Of a stretch of DNA of 64,000 nt, positions 1 to 10,058 are shown one piece after another (position 1 is the stretch's first letter; each line of letters starts with the position of its first letter). The position numbers and the translations under genes are program-made. Source of the DNA: Alphaproteobacteria bacterium (GTDB lineage Bacteria; Pseudomonadota; Alphaproteobacteria; Rs-D84); NCBI GenBank assembly GCA_024402765.1, contig JAKSTC010000001.1, forward strand, positions 133,785-197,784, read 5' to 3'. A model generated the notes under the pieces. The model did not search any database, was not told the DNA's origin, and was given only the letters and a program-made list of their open reading frames with translations.

Positions 1-210
1 AATTGCGCGTTTAATGTTATCATTTGGCATTGAATTCTTGCGCGCTTGTAGAATTGCCAAACGCAAACGCGGATTATTGTCTGGATTTGGGTCGCCCGTT
101 TTTGCCGACATTGTTATTTCACGCGCCAATTTGGTAAACAAACCACTACGCGCCGCATCAACCAAACCTTTCTTGTGTTGTATATTATGCCATTTACTGT
201 GTCCACTCAT
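1..210 (-). CDS. yebC: YebC/PmpR (TACO1) family transcriptional regulator, N-terminal fragment running off the window edge
   Basis: Reverse translation from 210 gives [70 protein letters not shown], the conserved family N-terminus. It is absent from the ORF track because it is truncated. Divergent from ruvA. Confidence 0.75.
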   Translation of the reverse strand, partial: MSGHSKWHNIQHKKGLVDAARSGLFTKLAREITMSAKTGDPNPDNNPRLRLAILQARKNSMPNDNIKRAI

Positions 211-260
211 ATTTGACCTTTTTATTTTATTAATGTAAAATTACCCTAAAAGGATAACAA

Positions 261-842
261 ATGATTGGAAAATTGCAAGGGCAAGTTGATTTTATTGGTG
301 AAGATTTCGTTATTTTAATGGCGGGACCCGTTGGGTACAAGGTGTATACCCCCGAAATACTGACCCCAAAGTCAACGGTAACGCTATGGATTGAAACGAT
401 TGTGCGCGAAGATTCCATACGTTTATTTGGCTTTTTAACCCAAAACACCCAAAATTTATTCAACCTATTAACAACTGTATCGGGCGTTGGACCAAAGGTT
501 GCAATGGCAATCCTGGGCACAATTAAAACCGACACATTACTATCTGCAATCGCAACAGGCGACGCAAAAACCATTAGTTCCGCCCCGGGCGTTGGTAAAA
601 AGGTTGCGGAAAAGATTATTGTTGAATTAAAGAACAAGGTTGGCGGTTCATCATTTGATTTTGCGTCAACCTCTGATTCATCTACCTCTGCCCTGCCCGA
701 TTTGTTGGCTGCGCTCGAATCATTGGGTTATCGCCGATTGGATATAATTGATATTGCACAAAAGATTGTGTCTGCGAATCCTGATTCAGATGTATCTAAA
801 CTTGTTCCAATCGCATTAAAAGAAATTAGTTCAGGAAAATAA
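261..842 (+). CDS. ruvA: Holliday junction branch-migration complex subunit RuvA
   Basis: N-terminus MIGKLQG..., HhH region GVGPKVAMAILG / APGVGKKVAEKII. Size is about 193 aa. Confidence 0.9.
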   Translation: MIGKLQGQVDFIGEDFVILMAGPVGYKVYTPEILTPKSTVTLWIETIVREDSIRLFGFLTQNTQNLFNLLTTVSGVGPKVAMAILGTIKTDTLLSAIATGDAKTISSAPGVGKKVAEKIIVELKNKVGGSSFDFASTSDSSTSALPDLLAALESLGYRRLDIIDIAQKIVSANPDSDVSKLVPIALKEISSGK

Positions 843-844
843 AA

Positions 845-2140
845 ATGAATAACGACACAATTTTTGCACTATCCAGTGGCTTTGGTAAATGTGGCGTATC
901 TGTCATTCGCGTCAGTGGTAACGACTTATCAGATATGTTTAAAACATTACTAGGTAAATCAAAATATGATGCGCGTCATGCATATTTCTGTAATTTGCGT
1001 GATAAAAATGGCGAATTAATTGACCAATCGGTTATTACATTTTTTAAGGGTCCTAACTCTTTTACCGGCCAAGATGTGATAGAGATTTATTCCCACGGTG
1101 CGCCCGCCGTTGTAAATGCGATTTTTGAATACCTTAAAACATTTGGGGCGCGACTTGCTAATCGGGGTGAATTTTCACAACGCGCATTTTATAACAGCAA
1201 AATGGATTTAACCGATGTTGATGGTTTGGCGGCATTGTTGGATGCACAAACAGACATGCAACGCAAAACCGCATTAAAATCTATGATGGGTGGCGATGGT
1301 AAAATTTACAACGCATGGCGTTCAAAAATGATTGAAATTGCTGCGTATAGCGCGGCTATACTTGATTATGATTCTGATGATTTACCCGTCAATATTGGCG
1401 ACAAAATCAAATCACAAACAAACGAATTATACACTGAAATATCAACCGCATTATCACATTATAAAAATTCACGCACCATACGAAGTGGTTTTAATATTGT
1501 ATTGGTGGGCGAAACAAATGTTGGTAAATCATCAATATTTAATTGTCTGGTTGGATCAAATCGTGCAATCGTATCAAACACCCCGGGCACAACACGTGAT
1601 GTCGTGTCGGCACAACTGGATATTGATGGATATTTGGTAAACCTGTCTGACACTGCCGGTTTGCGTGAAACAAACGATAATATTGAACAAATGGGTATTG
1701 AACGCACCCGTTCAGAAATTGAAAATGCAAATTTGGTATTACGTGTTGAAACACTTGATTTACAGGCAAAACCAAACGATAACGAAATTCTTGTTATAAA
1801 TAAATCAGATTTATTAAAGTCAAAAACTAACAAAGATGCGATTTATGTATCTGCAAAAACAGGCGATGGAATAAATGAATTAACCAACGCTATACGCAAT
1901 AAAATCCACAAATTATTAGATGGTTCGGAATCTGATTTGGTAATAAACGCACGCACATACGATTTATTATCAGAATGTCGCGATGAATTAAATAACGCAC
2001 TCACAAAATCAAATGACAACTATGACATATTTTCTGAACATGTCCGGCGCGCCGCGGACGCACTTGGAAAAATTTTAGGGTTAATAACCGCCGCCGATGT
2101 TATGGATGCAACATTTTCCCAACTATGTCTGGGCAAATAA
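845..2140 (+). CDS. mnmE: tRNA modification GTPase MnmE (TrmE)
   Basis: TIFALSSG N-terminus, G-domain GETNVGKSSIFN and DTAGLRET, C-terminal CLGK tetrapeptide. Confidence 0.92.
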   Translation: MNNDTIFALSSGFGKCGVSVIRVSGNDLSDMFKTLLGKSKYDARHAYFCNLRDKNGELIDQSVITFFKGPNSFTGQDVIEIYSHGAPAVVNAIFEYLKTFGARLANRGEFSQRAFYNSKMDLTDVDGLAALLDAQTDMQRKTALKSMMGGDGKIYNAWRSKMIEIAAYSAAILDYDSDDLPVNIGDKIKSQTNELYTEISTALSHYKNSRTIRSGFNIVLVGETNVGKSSIFNCLVGSNRAIVSNTPGTTRDVVSAQLDIDGYLVNLSDTAGLRETNDNIEQMGIERTRSEIENANLVLRVETLDLQAKPNDNEILVINKSDLLKSKTNKDAIYVSAKTGDGINELTNAIRNKIHKLLDGSESDLVINARTYDLLSECRDELNNALTKSNDNYDIFSEHVRRAADALGKILGLITAADVMDATFSQLCLGK

Positions 2141-2141
2141 T

Positions 2142-2164
2142 AAAGGCTAATTTTTTTAGCCTTT
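2142..2164. terminator. Bidirectional hairpin between the convergent mnmE and acyl-CoA ligase genes
   Basis: AAAGGCTAA-ttttt-TTAGCCTTT, perfect 9-bp stem flanked by A/T runs. Confidence 0.6.
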
Positions 2165-2170
2165 ATTTCT

Positions 2171-3751
2171 TTATTCATGTTTAATTGTATATTTACCATC
2201 AATTAAGTTTTGTTGAACCAGATGATGTTTAACCTTTTGCGTGCTTGTCATTGGCAAATCATCATTTGTCATTGCAAAGTGAGTAACCCATTTATATGGT
2301 GCAACTGCAATATTTTGTTTTGCAACCGCCGACGCCAATTTTTCAATTGTCATTGTGTTTTCCACACTAAACACTGCGTATACAACGGTTTTACCTTTTA
2401 CCTTATGTTCAAACACAGCAACATTTTTAACCCCATCAATTTCTGAATACAAGGCCTCTAATTCATCAGGATAAACATTTTTGCCAGAATCTAAAACAAT
2501 AACTTGCTTCTTGCGTCCTGCAAAATGATATTCACCGTTTTTATCCAAAAACACTAAATCACCAGTATTAAAGAATCCTTTATCATCAAACAATTCTTTA
2601 TTCGCTTCATCATTATCCAGATATCCATCAAAAACTTGATGACCACGCACCCACAAAACACCAACACCGTTTTCATCCTTATCGCGGATTTCACATTCGT
2701 TACATCCCATTGGTGCACCAAACGCAAATGGCACACGCTTTTTTACAGGTTTAGAGCAACACATTGGTCCAACCGTTTCTGTCATTCCATATCCCTGAAC
2801 AAAGGTCAGTCCCAATGATTCATAGAATCTTTCCACCTCTGGCTTGGTTGCTGCGCCACCCGCAATCAATAAATTTGCACGTCCACCAAAGACCTGTAAT
2901 ATAGGTTTTTGAACTTTTTTAACAATGTTGCCCAAACCAACCTTAGATAACATCTTTTGGCGTTTTAACACCCAAGATACAACCCACCACTTATGTTGTG
3001 CCTTGATGCCATCAATAATTTTATTGCGGAATATTTCCCATAAACGCGGGACCGCCGGTATTGTATGGGGTTTATAAACCTTGAAATCTTCCATAATCGC
3101 CTTTGGATTAACAGACGGCTGTAACAAAACCCCCAACCCATAATGCAGTGGTGCCAACACCCCCGTTGCAAAACCAAATATATGATACAATGGTAAAAAG
3201 CCATACATTATAGTATTTGGTTTAATCCATTCATTAAAATCTTCAAATGTATTTGCACACTCTATCAAATTAAAATGTGTTAATGGCACAACCTTGGGAT
3301 TACCGGTTGACCCCGATGTAAAAGACAAAATTGCAATATCGTTCGCCGCCAATGGATAATCTTCTAAATCTTCATCTGCTTTTGCGTCTTTCTTTTCTAT
3401 ATCAATAAATTTGAAACGCGCCTTGTCATAAAAGAACGATTTTTGTGCACACACAAATTTGCAGTTCACCCTATCTGTCATATTATCATATTCAAATGGT
3501 GTCAGGTTTGTATCCAACATTAAAACACGCCCCCCAACATACCAAATGCCAAACAAGGTTAATATAAATTCAGGCACATTATGTGATAACACACCAACAA
3601 CATCACCTGGTTTAACACCATTTTTAATCAGTGATGTCGCACGCGCCTTAACCATATCAACAAATGCAGAAAAACTAATATTTTCACGAATCAGAAACAA
3701 ATTGTCCGGAAAACGTTCTGCCGTTTGTTGTAAAAATTGAAACATATTCAT
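2171..3751 (-). CDS. AMP-dependent synthetase/ligase (long-chain fatty acid-CoA ligase-like), paralog 1
   Basis: AMP-binding motif SFTSGSTGNPKVV, plus YGMTETVG and GDLVFLDKNGEYHFAGRKK. 526 aa. Confidence 0.8.
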   Translation of the reverse strand: MNMFQFLQQTAERFPDNLFLIRENISFSAFVDMVKARATSLIKNGVKPGDVVGVLSHNVPEFILTLFGIWYVGGRVLMLDTNLTPFEYDNMTDRVNCKFVCAQKSFFYDKARFKFIDIEKKDAKADEDLEDYPLAANDIAILSFTSGSTGNPKVVPLTHFNLIECANTFEDFNEWIKPNTIMYGFLPLYHIFGFATGVLAPLHYGLGVLLQPSVNPKAIMEDFKVYKPHTIPAVPRLWEIFRNKIIDGIKAQHKWWVVSWVLKRQKMLSKVGLGNIVKKVQKPILQVFGGRANLLIAGGAATKPEVERFYESLGLTFVQGYGMTETVGPMCCSKPVKKRVPFAFGAPMGCNECEIRDKDENGVGVLWVRGHQVFDGYLDNDEANKELFDDKGFFNTGDLVFLDKNGEYHFAGRKKQVIVLDSGKNVYPDELEALYSEIDGVKNVAVFEHKVKGKTVVYAVFSVENTMTIEKLASAVAKQNIAVAPYKWVTHFAMTNDDLPMTSTQKVKHHLVQQNLIDGKYTIKHE

Positions 3752-3765
3752 CTATCTATTTCCTT

Positions 3766-5346
3766 TTATTCTTTTCTTGTAGGATACATGCCATCAATCA
3801 AGTTCTGACGCACAACATGATGTTTGACTTTTTGTGTACTTGTCATCGGCAATTCATCATTTGTCATTGCAAAGTGCGTAACCCATTTATAGGACGCAAC
3901 TTTTTTATTCGCATTCGCCACCTGTTCTGCCAACTTATCCAATGTCATATTTTTATCGACACTAAACACAGCATAAGTAACGGTTTTATCCTTAACCTTG
4001 TGTTCAAATACCGCAACACCCTTAACACCCGGTATTTCCATAAACATTGCTTCCAACTCATCTGGATAAACATTTTTACCAGAATCTAAAACAATAACTT
4101 GTTTTTTACGACCTGCGAAATGCAACTCTCCATTTTTATCCATATAAACCATGTCGCCGGTATTAAAGAACCCTTTATCATCAAAGACTTCTTTATTTAC
4201 CGCATCGTTATTCAGGTATCCACCAAACACCTGGTGACCACGAACCCACAAAACACCGATACCATTATCGTCTTTATCACGAATTTCACATTCATTGTTT
4301 GTCGTTGGTCCACCAACAGAAAATGCCATACGGCGTTTTCCTGGTTTTGAAATACAGATTGGTCCAACTGTTTCGGTCAATCCATAACCCTGAATAAATG
4401 TTAAACCAAGTGATTCATAAAACTTTTCCACCTCTGGCTTGGTCGCAGCACCACCTGCAATCAACAGACGTGCACGTCCACCAAAAATGTTTAATATAGG
4501 TTCTTGAATTTTACGTGTAACAAAGTCCAACCCCATCGATGACAATGTGCTTTGGTTTTTCAAAATAAATGAAACTATGCGCCACTTTTTCTGAGCTATT
4601 AAATTATCAATTATTTTATTTCTGAACATTTCCCACAAACGCGGCACCGCCGGAATAACATGTGGTTTAAACTTTTTAAAATCGTCCATAATATATTTTG
4701 GATTAATTGTTGGTTGCAATACCAAGCCACCACCAAAATGAACCGTCGCCAAAATACCAATTGCAAACCCAAATATATGATACAGTGGCAAGAAGCCATA
4801 CATAATATCGCCAGAGCCAAAATACTCACTCATATCTTCCAGCGAATACGCACATTCTACCAAATTATAGTGTGTTAATGGCACAACCTTTGGATTACCG
4901 GTTGAACCCGATGTAAAAGACAATGATGCAATATCTGTATCTTTGACCTTTGCCGGATATAAATCAGGATCTGTTTTTTCGTCATGCGCAGTAATGTCTA
5001 AGAATTTAAAATTTTGTGAATCAAAGAAAAAAGATGGCTCCGCACATACAAATTTACACCCTGCTATTTCTGTCATATTTTCGTATTCAAATGGTGTTAA
5101 ATTTGTATCCAACATCAAAACACGTGCACCCAAATACCAAATCGCAAACAGTGTCAACGGGAACTGTGGTATATTATGTGCCAAAACACCAACAACATCG
5201 TCTTTTTTTATACCAACATTTTTGAGTGTTGTTGCCCTTGCACGAACCATCGCCATAAAAGAAGCGTATGTTATATTTTCGCGAACCAGAAACAAATTTT
5301 CAGGCCATTGTGCAACTGCAACTTCCAACAAATTATTCATATTCAT
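3766..5346 (-). CDS. AMP-dependent synthetase/ligase (long-chain fatty acid-CoA ligase-like), paralog 2
   Basis: Same motifs (SFTSGSTGNPKVV, YGLTETVG). Also 526 aa and colinear with paralog 1 along the full length. Confidence 0.8.
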   Translation of the reverse strand: MNMNNLLEVAVAQWPENLFLVRENITYASFMAMVRARATTLKNVGIKKDDVVGVLAHNIPQFPLTLFAIWYLGARVLMLDTNLTPFEYENMTEIAGCKFVCAEPSFFFDSQNFKFLDITAHDEKTDPDLYPAKVKDTDIASLSFTSGSTGNPKVVPLTHYNLVECAYSLEDMSEYFGSGDIMYGFLPLYHIFGFAIGILATVHFGGGLVLQPTINPKYIMDDFKKFKPHVIPAVPRLWEMFRNKIIDNLIAQKKWRIVSFILKNQSTLSSMGLDFVTRKIQEPILNIFGGRARLLIAGGAATKPEVEKFYESLGLTFIQGYGLTETVGPICISKPGKRRMAFSVGGPTTNNECEIRDKDDNGIGVLWVRGHQVFGGYLNNDAVNKEVFDDKGFFNTGDMVYMDKNGELHFAGRKKQVIVLDSGKNVYPDELEAMFMEIPGVKGVAVFEHKVKDKTVTYAVFSVDKNMTLDKLAEQVANANKKVASYKWVTHFAMTNDELPMTSTQKVKHHVVRQNLIDGMYPTRKE

Positions 5347-5414
5347 ATCAAAAATCCTTGTTGTTTTTTTATCTGACTATGTGTATTATACCCCTTAGAA
5401 AAGAGATTGCAAAC

Positions 5415-6185
5415 ATGAAAATACTTACATTAAACATCAATTCAATTCGTGCCCATATTGAAAGTTTTATAGATATTTTGCGTTCTGGCAAATATGACAC
5501 AATTTTAGTCCAGGAATTAAAGGTAGAAAATGCGTCTTTTCCATTTAATGTCTTTGATGAATATGGTTATAATATCAAGGTTTTTGGTCAAAAAAGTTGG
5601 AATGGTGTTGCTGTATTTTCTAAAAATTCTATCGAAGATGTAACATTTGGTATACCAAATTACCCAGATATAAACGCGCGTTTACTAGAATGTGTTATTG
5701 ATGGTCATATTCGTATAATCAATGTATATATGCCAAACGGTGAAAGCATAGAATCACCAAAATTTCCATATAAATTGGAATGGATGAATGCGTTTACCAA
5801 ACACATATCTCAATACATTGATTCCGAAGAACCTGTTATAATTGCCGGTGATTTTAATGTCGCAATAGATGATAGGGATATTTGGAAACCTGCTATTTAT
5901 ATTGGTTCTTCGATTTCTGCACCAGCAGCACGCAAAATAATGCAAGACTGGCTAAATACTGGCTGGGTGGATGCTTGGCGCACACTGCACCCTGACACAG
6001 ACGATTACACATGGTATGGATATCGTGGTGGCGATACCGTTGGTAAAAAACAAGGATTACGTCTGGATTATTTCTTATGTAACAAAACCGCATATAAAAC
6101 AGTAAATAATTGCACGATTGATTTATCACCACGCATGGCGAACAAACCAACCGATCATTGCGGGCTAATTTTAGACATTGATTAA
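5415..6185 (+). CDS. xth: Exodeoxyribonuclease III
   Basis: MKILTLNINSIRAH start, QELK, GDFNVA, and C-terminal DHCGLILDID. Start moved to the ATG at 5415, because the upstream part of the tracked ORF overlaps the ligase gene on the other strand. Confidence 0.85.
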   Translation: MKILTLNINSIRAHIESFIDILRSGKYDTILVQELKVENASFPFNVFDEYGYNIKVFGQKSWNGVAVFSKNSIEDVTFGIPNYPDINARLLECVIDGHIRIINVYMPNGESIESPKFPYKLEWMNAFTKHISQYIDSEEPVIIAGDFNVAIDDRDIWKPAIYIGSSISAPAARKIMQDWLNTGWVDAWRTLHPDTDDYTWYGYRGGDTVGKKQGLRLDYFLCNKTAYKTVNNCTIDLSPRMANKPTDHCGLILDID

Positions 6186-8689
6186 TCGTCTATACGCGCC
6201 AAATCATCGTATGCACGATATTTTGGATCATTGTTTTCGTGATATTCGTATGCCGCGCAACCAACAGAATACATATTAAACAACCCCTTTACCTTATCAA
6301 TTGCCGCATCAATCATTTGCGCCGTATCATCTATATCATAAACAATCGGTTTTACATCAGAATTCTTTAATTGCAAAAACAGCATTATTGGCGTTTGTGA
6401 TTTTTCTGTTGTCTTTATTTTGAATCCACCCGATTGCAATATAAACGCTTCCAATGGTAATTGTGGCATATTACCATCCGTTAATTGCTTTTTACTGGGC
6501 GCATTACCTGTTTTAATATCCAACACACCACCATCCCAAATCCTATCGGCACGTGCACGAACATTTCGCCCTGCGATATTAACCACGCCACCAATTTCAG
6601 GAATACTGTTTTGCAACAAATCTTTTTCTTGTTCCAGCAAAACACTTATCTCAGAAAACCGTTTATGCCAAAAATGAAACAACAAATTATTTTCACCCAA
6701 AACCTGCTTTGCCAAACTATCCATTTGTGGAATTAAATATTGCACAGAAAAATCTTTACTATTTTCTATAACCGAATGAACCAGGTTGCCAAACGCACGC
6801 GCATCTGGACCAACCCAATAATCATCCATTGGTTTCAATCGTAATATATGCCGCGCATAAAAGGCATATGGGTTATGAATTAGCAACTCTAGTTCTGTAA
6901 CATAAACATCGGACCAATCTGACGGTGGTGTTGGTGCATTTAACACCAGTGGATTACTCTCAACATCATCACGTATACGCACGTTTTTAAGGACTTCTTC
7001 AGATGCACCTGTATCAAAATTACCACCACGTGCAATTACGCGTGATAAAAAGCGTGACATTGTTGTTTGAACACCACCCGATATACAACTGCGTAACCAA
7101 TATACTTCCTTGGCGCACGACAAATTTATAAAATCTAACGCCATCAAAGAAACTTTTTTATCACGCGATGGCAAACCTATTTTTTGTGCAATACTTATTG
7201 GCAACCATGAATTTTCATACCCCTGGGATGGAAACATGCCATCATTTAGCCCCGTCAGAATAACGACATCCGCAGTTTGCATACGCGCTTCCATTGTTCC
7301 TAATACAACAACATTGACATTTTCTTGTTGACGATTGCGCAATGTAATAGACGACAGACAATCAGATACAAATGCCCTAACCTCTGACACAGACAAATGC
7401 ATATCATACTGAACCAAAATATCCGACAGGTGTTTTAATTTTTCCCAAATCATAATTGCGTTTTCATCATCAATCATAAAGGCCGGCGAAAAACCATCTT
7501 TGTTATTCCAAACAAATTCTGACAAAGCATCAAATAAATTATAGTTTTTTGATTTGTATATATCGTCAAAAGAACAATCATGTTTTTCAATAAAATCATC
7601 AAACATATTTAATATCGCGCGTCCCAATTGCGACATAGTGGCGGATATACCACCCGAAAAATCTGCATCAATATTTCGCGCACTACATGCCGCCGCTATA
7701 CGCTGGTTTCCTGCCGCATCCGGTGTAATAACCATTACAGATTTATTTTGTGTGATTGCCATAGTGCATATTTCAGCAACGGCATTTGCTTCTTCACTTT
7801 CGCGCGAACATTGAACAAAATGGCAATATGAAATGTCGTGTTTTGGTGCATCTTTTGTTGTATCATTACCAAACGCAAAATTAAAGAAATCTATCTGACT
7901 GGTCCCAACATCAATTTCATTTATCTCATCTAACTTAACACCTATGCGTTGCAAAAATTTATACTCTGCATTATACGGATTTGTGTCCAAACAAAAATCG
8001 TCTATATCCCCATCTATCTTACCCGACAAAATAATTCTTCCATGTTTTGATTTTGCAACCGCCTCCATCAAATCTGCGGTGGCAGGCACACTCGCCGTGG
8101 AACCACAAACAATGACTAACTTATATTTATCTAAACATTTAATCCAATTATGAATACCACGATTACGCACAGCAGTTTGTGTTTCACGATTATTCAATAC
8201 CGTTGGTAATACAGATGTTAATAAGCCTAACATTTTCGCCTTGCTCTTAAAATGTTCTGCGTATTTATCATCTATTATATTTTGCCAATCAATATCTGTT
8301 ATTTGCTTACCTTCATTTTCAAGATAATCTGCCATACGCACGAAATCCTGGGCTACAGGCAACGCGTTTGCAATATTTCCTATATTTGCATCATTTGCCA
8401 GTAATTTTGCCAAAACAATCACGCGTTCTAATGTATCAACCGCCCCAGATTTATCATATTCAAAATCTTCATCTTCTAATTCTTCACCCAACGCAACAAG
8501 ATGTGGCAATAAAACCGCCCCATTGTTTTTTTGGACAAACATTTGTTCTGCGCTGCGAACCGCCCTGCGCGATGGTAAAAATATAAGAATATCCGACAAA
8601 GAAATATTTTCATGCAATACCAATTCATACAGCGCATCCAACATGCGTGCAGGGTTTGTCGCATAAAAAATATTTTTATTTAATGCCAA
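6182..8689 (-). CDS. addB: Double-strand break repair protein AddB-like (alphaproteobacterial type)
   Basis: 835 aa, with a C-terminal PD-(D/E)xK-like segment (RADRIW..GVLDIKTG). The overall architecture resembles AddB. Assigned by eye only. Confidence 0.55.
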   Translation of the reverse strand: MALNKNIFYATNPARMLDALYELVLHENISLSDILIFLPSRRAVRSAEQMFVQKNNGAVLLPHLVALGEELEDEDFEYDKSGAVDTLERVIVLAKLLANDANIGNIANALPVAQDFVRMADYLENEGKQITDIDWQNIIDDKYAEHFKSKAKMLGLLTSVLPTVLNNRETQTAVRNRGIHNWIKCLDKYKLVIVCGSTASVPATADLMEAVAKSKHGRIILSGKIDGDIDDFCLDTNPYNAEYKFLQRIGVKLDEINEIDVGTSQIDFFNFAFGNDTTKDAPKHDISYCHFVQCSRESEEANAVAEICTMAITQNKSVMVITPDAAGNQRIAAACSARNIDADFSGGISATMSQLGRAILNMFDDFIEKHDCSFDDIYKSKNYNLFDALSEFVWNNKDGFSPAFMIDDENAIMIWEKLKHLSDILVQYDMHLSVSEVRAFVSDCLSSITLRNRQQENVNVVVLGTMEARMQTADVVILTGLNDGMFPSQGYENSWLPISIAQKIGLPSRDKKVSLMALDFINLSCAKEVYWLRSCISGGVQTTMSRFLSRVIARGGNFDTGASEEVLKNVRIRDDVESNPLVLNAPTPPSDWSDVYVTELELLIHNPYAFYARHILRLKPMDDYWVGPDARAFGNLVHSVIENSKDFSVQYLIPQMDSLAKQVLGENNLLFHFWHKRFSEISVLLEQEKDLLQNSIPEIGGVVNIAGRNVRARADRIWDGGVLDIKTGNAPSKKQLTDGNMPQLPLEAFILQSGGFKIKTTEKSQTPIMLFLQLKNSDVKPIVYDIDDTAQMIDAAIDKVKGLFNMYSVGCAAYEYHENNDPKYRAYDDLARIDD

Positions 8690-9230
8690 TTATTGCCCTT
8701 AAATTTTCTATTCCTAAACCTGTTTCTGCCGATGTTTCTAAAACTTCTTGGGCCATTGCACCATGTTCATCGTGCGCGATTAAAATTTGTGACTTTTCGC
8801 GAATTTTTTTATCTTTTTTTGTATAAACGATTTGATATAAAATTCCATTTTCATCACAAAAGTCGAGTAATTCCAAATCAGATTTTTTTACCCCCACCCT
8901 TGAATCAATCAATATAAACAAACGTTTTAATTGTGTGCGCGACAATAAATATTTTTCCAATCTTTCCAACCACTGAACCGCGGTTTCTTTGGATGTTCGC
9001 GCATAACCATAACCCGGCAAATCGACCAACATTATTCTATCATCTATATTGAACATATTTATTTGTTGTGTTCGCCCCGGGGTATTTGATGTTCGTGCAA
9101 TAGTTTGTCCCACAATCGCATTTATTAATGAAGATTTACCAACATTACTGCGTCCAACAAAAGCATACTCATTAAATTGAGTATTCGGCAAAGATTCAAC
9201 AATATCAAAAGATCCAACAAATCGTATCAT
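8676..9230 (-). CDS. engB: Ribosome biogenesis GTP-binding protein EngB/YihA
   Basis: GRSNVGKSSLINAI P-loop, DLPGYGYA, TKKDK. Confidence 0.88.
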   Translation of the reverse strand: MIRFVGSFDIVESLPNTQFNEYAFVGRSNVGKSSLINAIVGQTIARTSNTPGRTQQINMFNIDDRIMLVDLPGYGYARTSKETAVQWLERLEKYLLSRTQLKRLFILIDSRVGVKKSDLELLDFCDENGILYQIVYTKKDKKIREKSQILIAHDEHGAMAQEVLETSAETGLGIENLRAIIGIK

Positions 9231-10022
9231 TTATTTTTTACCTTTCAGCAACCTGTTATATGCTTCTTTTTTTGAAATACCAGCACGCAGTGCCAAATCA
9301 GATGCCGCACTTTTGGTATTATCCGCCACAATATCATTAACCATTTCAGATATTTCACTATCCGACATTTTGTGTTCTGGGGCGGGTCCAATAACAATAA
9401 CAATTTCACCACGTGGTGGTTCTATACGCATTAAATCTGCGGCATAGCCAATTATAACACTCTCATAAATTTTTGTAATCTCGCGCACAATTGCAATTTT
9501 TCTTTCTGGCATAACACGTGCTAATGCAGATATAGTATTCATAATGCGTTTTGGGCTTTCGTAATATACAATCGTATGACGAATTTTATTGTCATCGCGT
9601 AATTTCTTTTCATCAAAGAAACCACAAAAAGTAAATCTGTCTGTTGGAAATCCAGATAATACCAATGCAGAAATCACCGCCGTTGGTCCCGGCACAATGA
9701 ACACAGGAATATTTGCCGCACGCGCCGCACTCACGATACGATACCCCGGGTCACTTACAGAAGGCATACCTGCATCAGAAACAAAAGCAATACTTTCGCC
9801 TGTCCCGATTCGTTTTATCAATTCTGGAACGACCTTTTGCTCATTATGTTCATGGCAAGAAATCCGTTTTGTTGTTATATCAAAATGTGCTGCCAATTTT
9901 CCAAAAACGCGCGTATCTTCACATGCAACAGCGTCAACATTGCGCAACACATCTATTGCACGTGGCGATAAATCCGCCAAATTTCCAATTGGTGTTCCAA
10001 CAATGTATAAGCCTGTTTGCAT
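9231..10022 (-). CDS. rsmI: 16S rRNA (cytidine1402-2'-O)-methyltransferase RsmI
   Basis: LYIVGTPIGNLADLSPRAIDVLRNVDAVACEDTR, the tetrapyrrole-methylase-fold N-terminus typical of RsmI. Confidence 0.88.
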   Translation of the reverse strand: MQTGLYIVGTPIGNLADLSPRAIDVLRNVDAVACEDTRVFGKLAAHFDITTKRISCHEHNEQKVVPELIKRIGTGESIAFVSDAGMPSVSDPGYRIVSAARAANIPVFIVPGPTAVISALVLSGFPTDRFTFCGFFDEKKLRDDNKIRHTIVYYESPKRIMNTISALARVMPERKIAIVREITKIYESVIIGYAADLMRIEPPRGEIVIVIGPAPEHKMSDSEISEMVNDIVADNTKSAASDLALRAGISKKEAYNRLLKGKK

Positions 10023-10058
10023 TTGTTATCCTTTTATAGTAAAATGATACAGAAATAA

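Noticed and set aside
230-637. 135-aa ORF antisense to ruvA. Similar long antisense ORFs lie at 4943-5398, 9589-10047, 15335-15934, 22440-22874, 26728-27375 and 54627-55316.
   Set aside because: Each lies entirely inside a well-supported conserved gene on the opposite strand. Their translations are low-complexity (Ser/Pro/Ile-rich) with no motifs. These are typical shadow ORFs.
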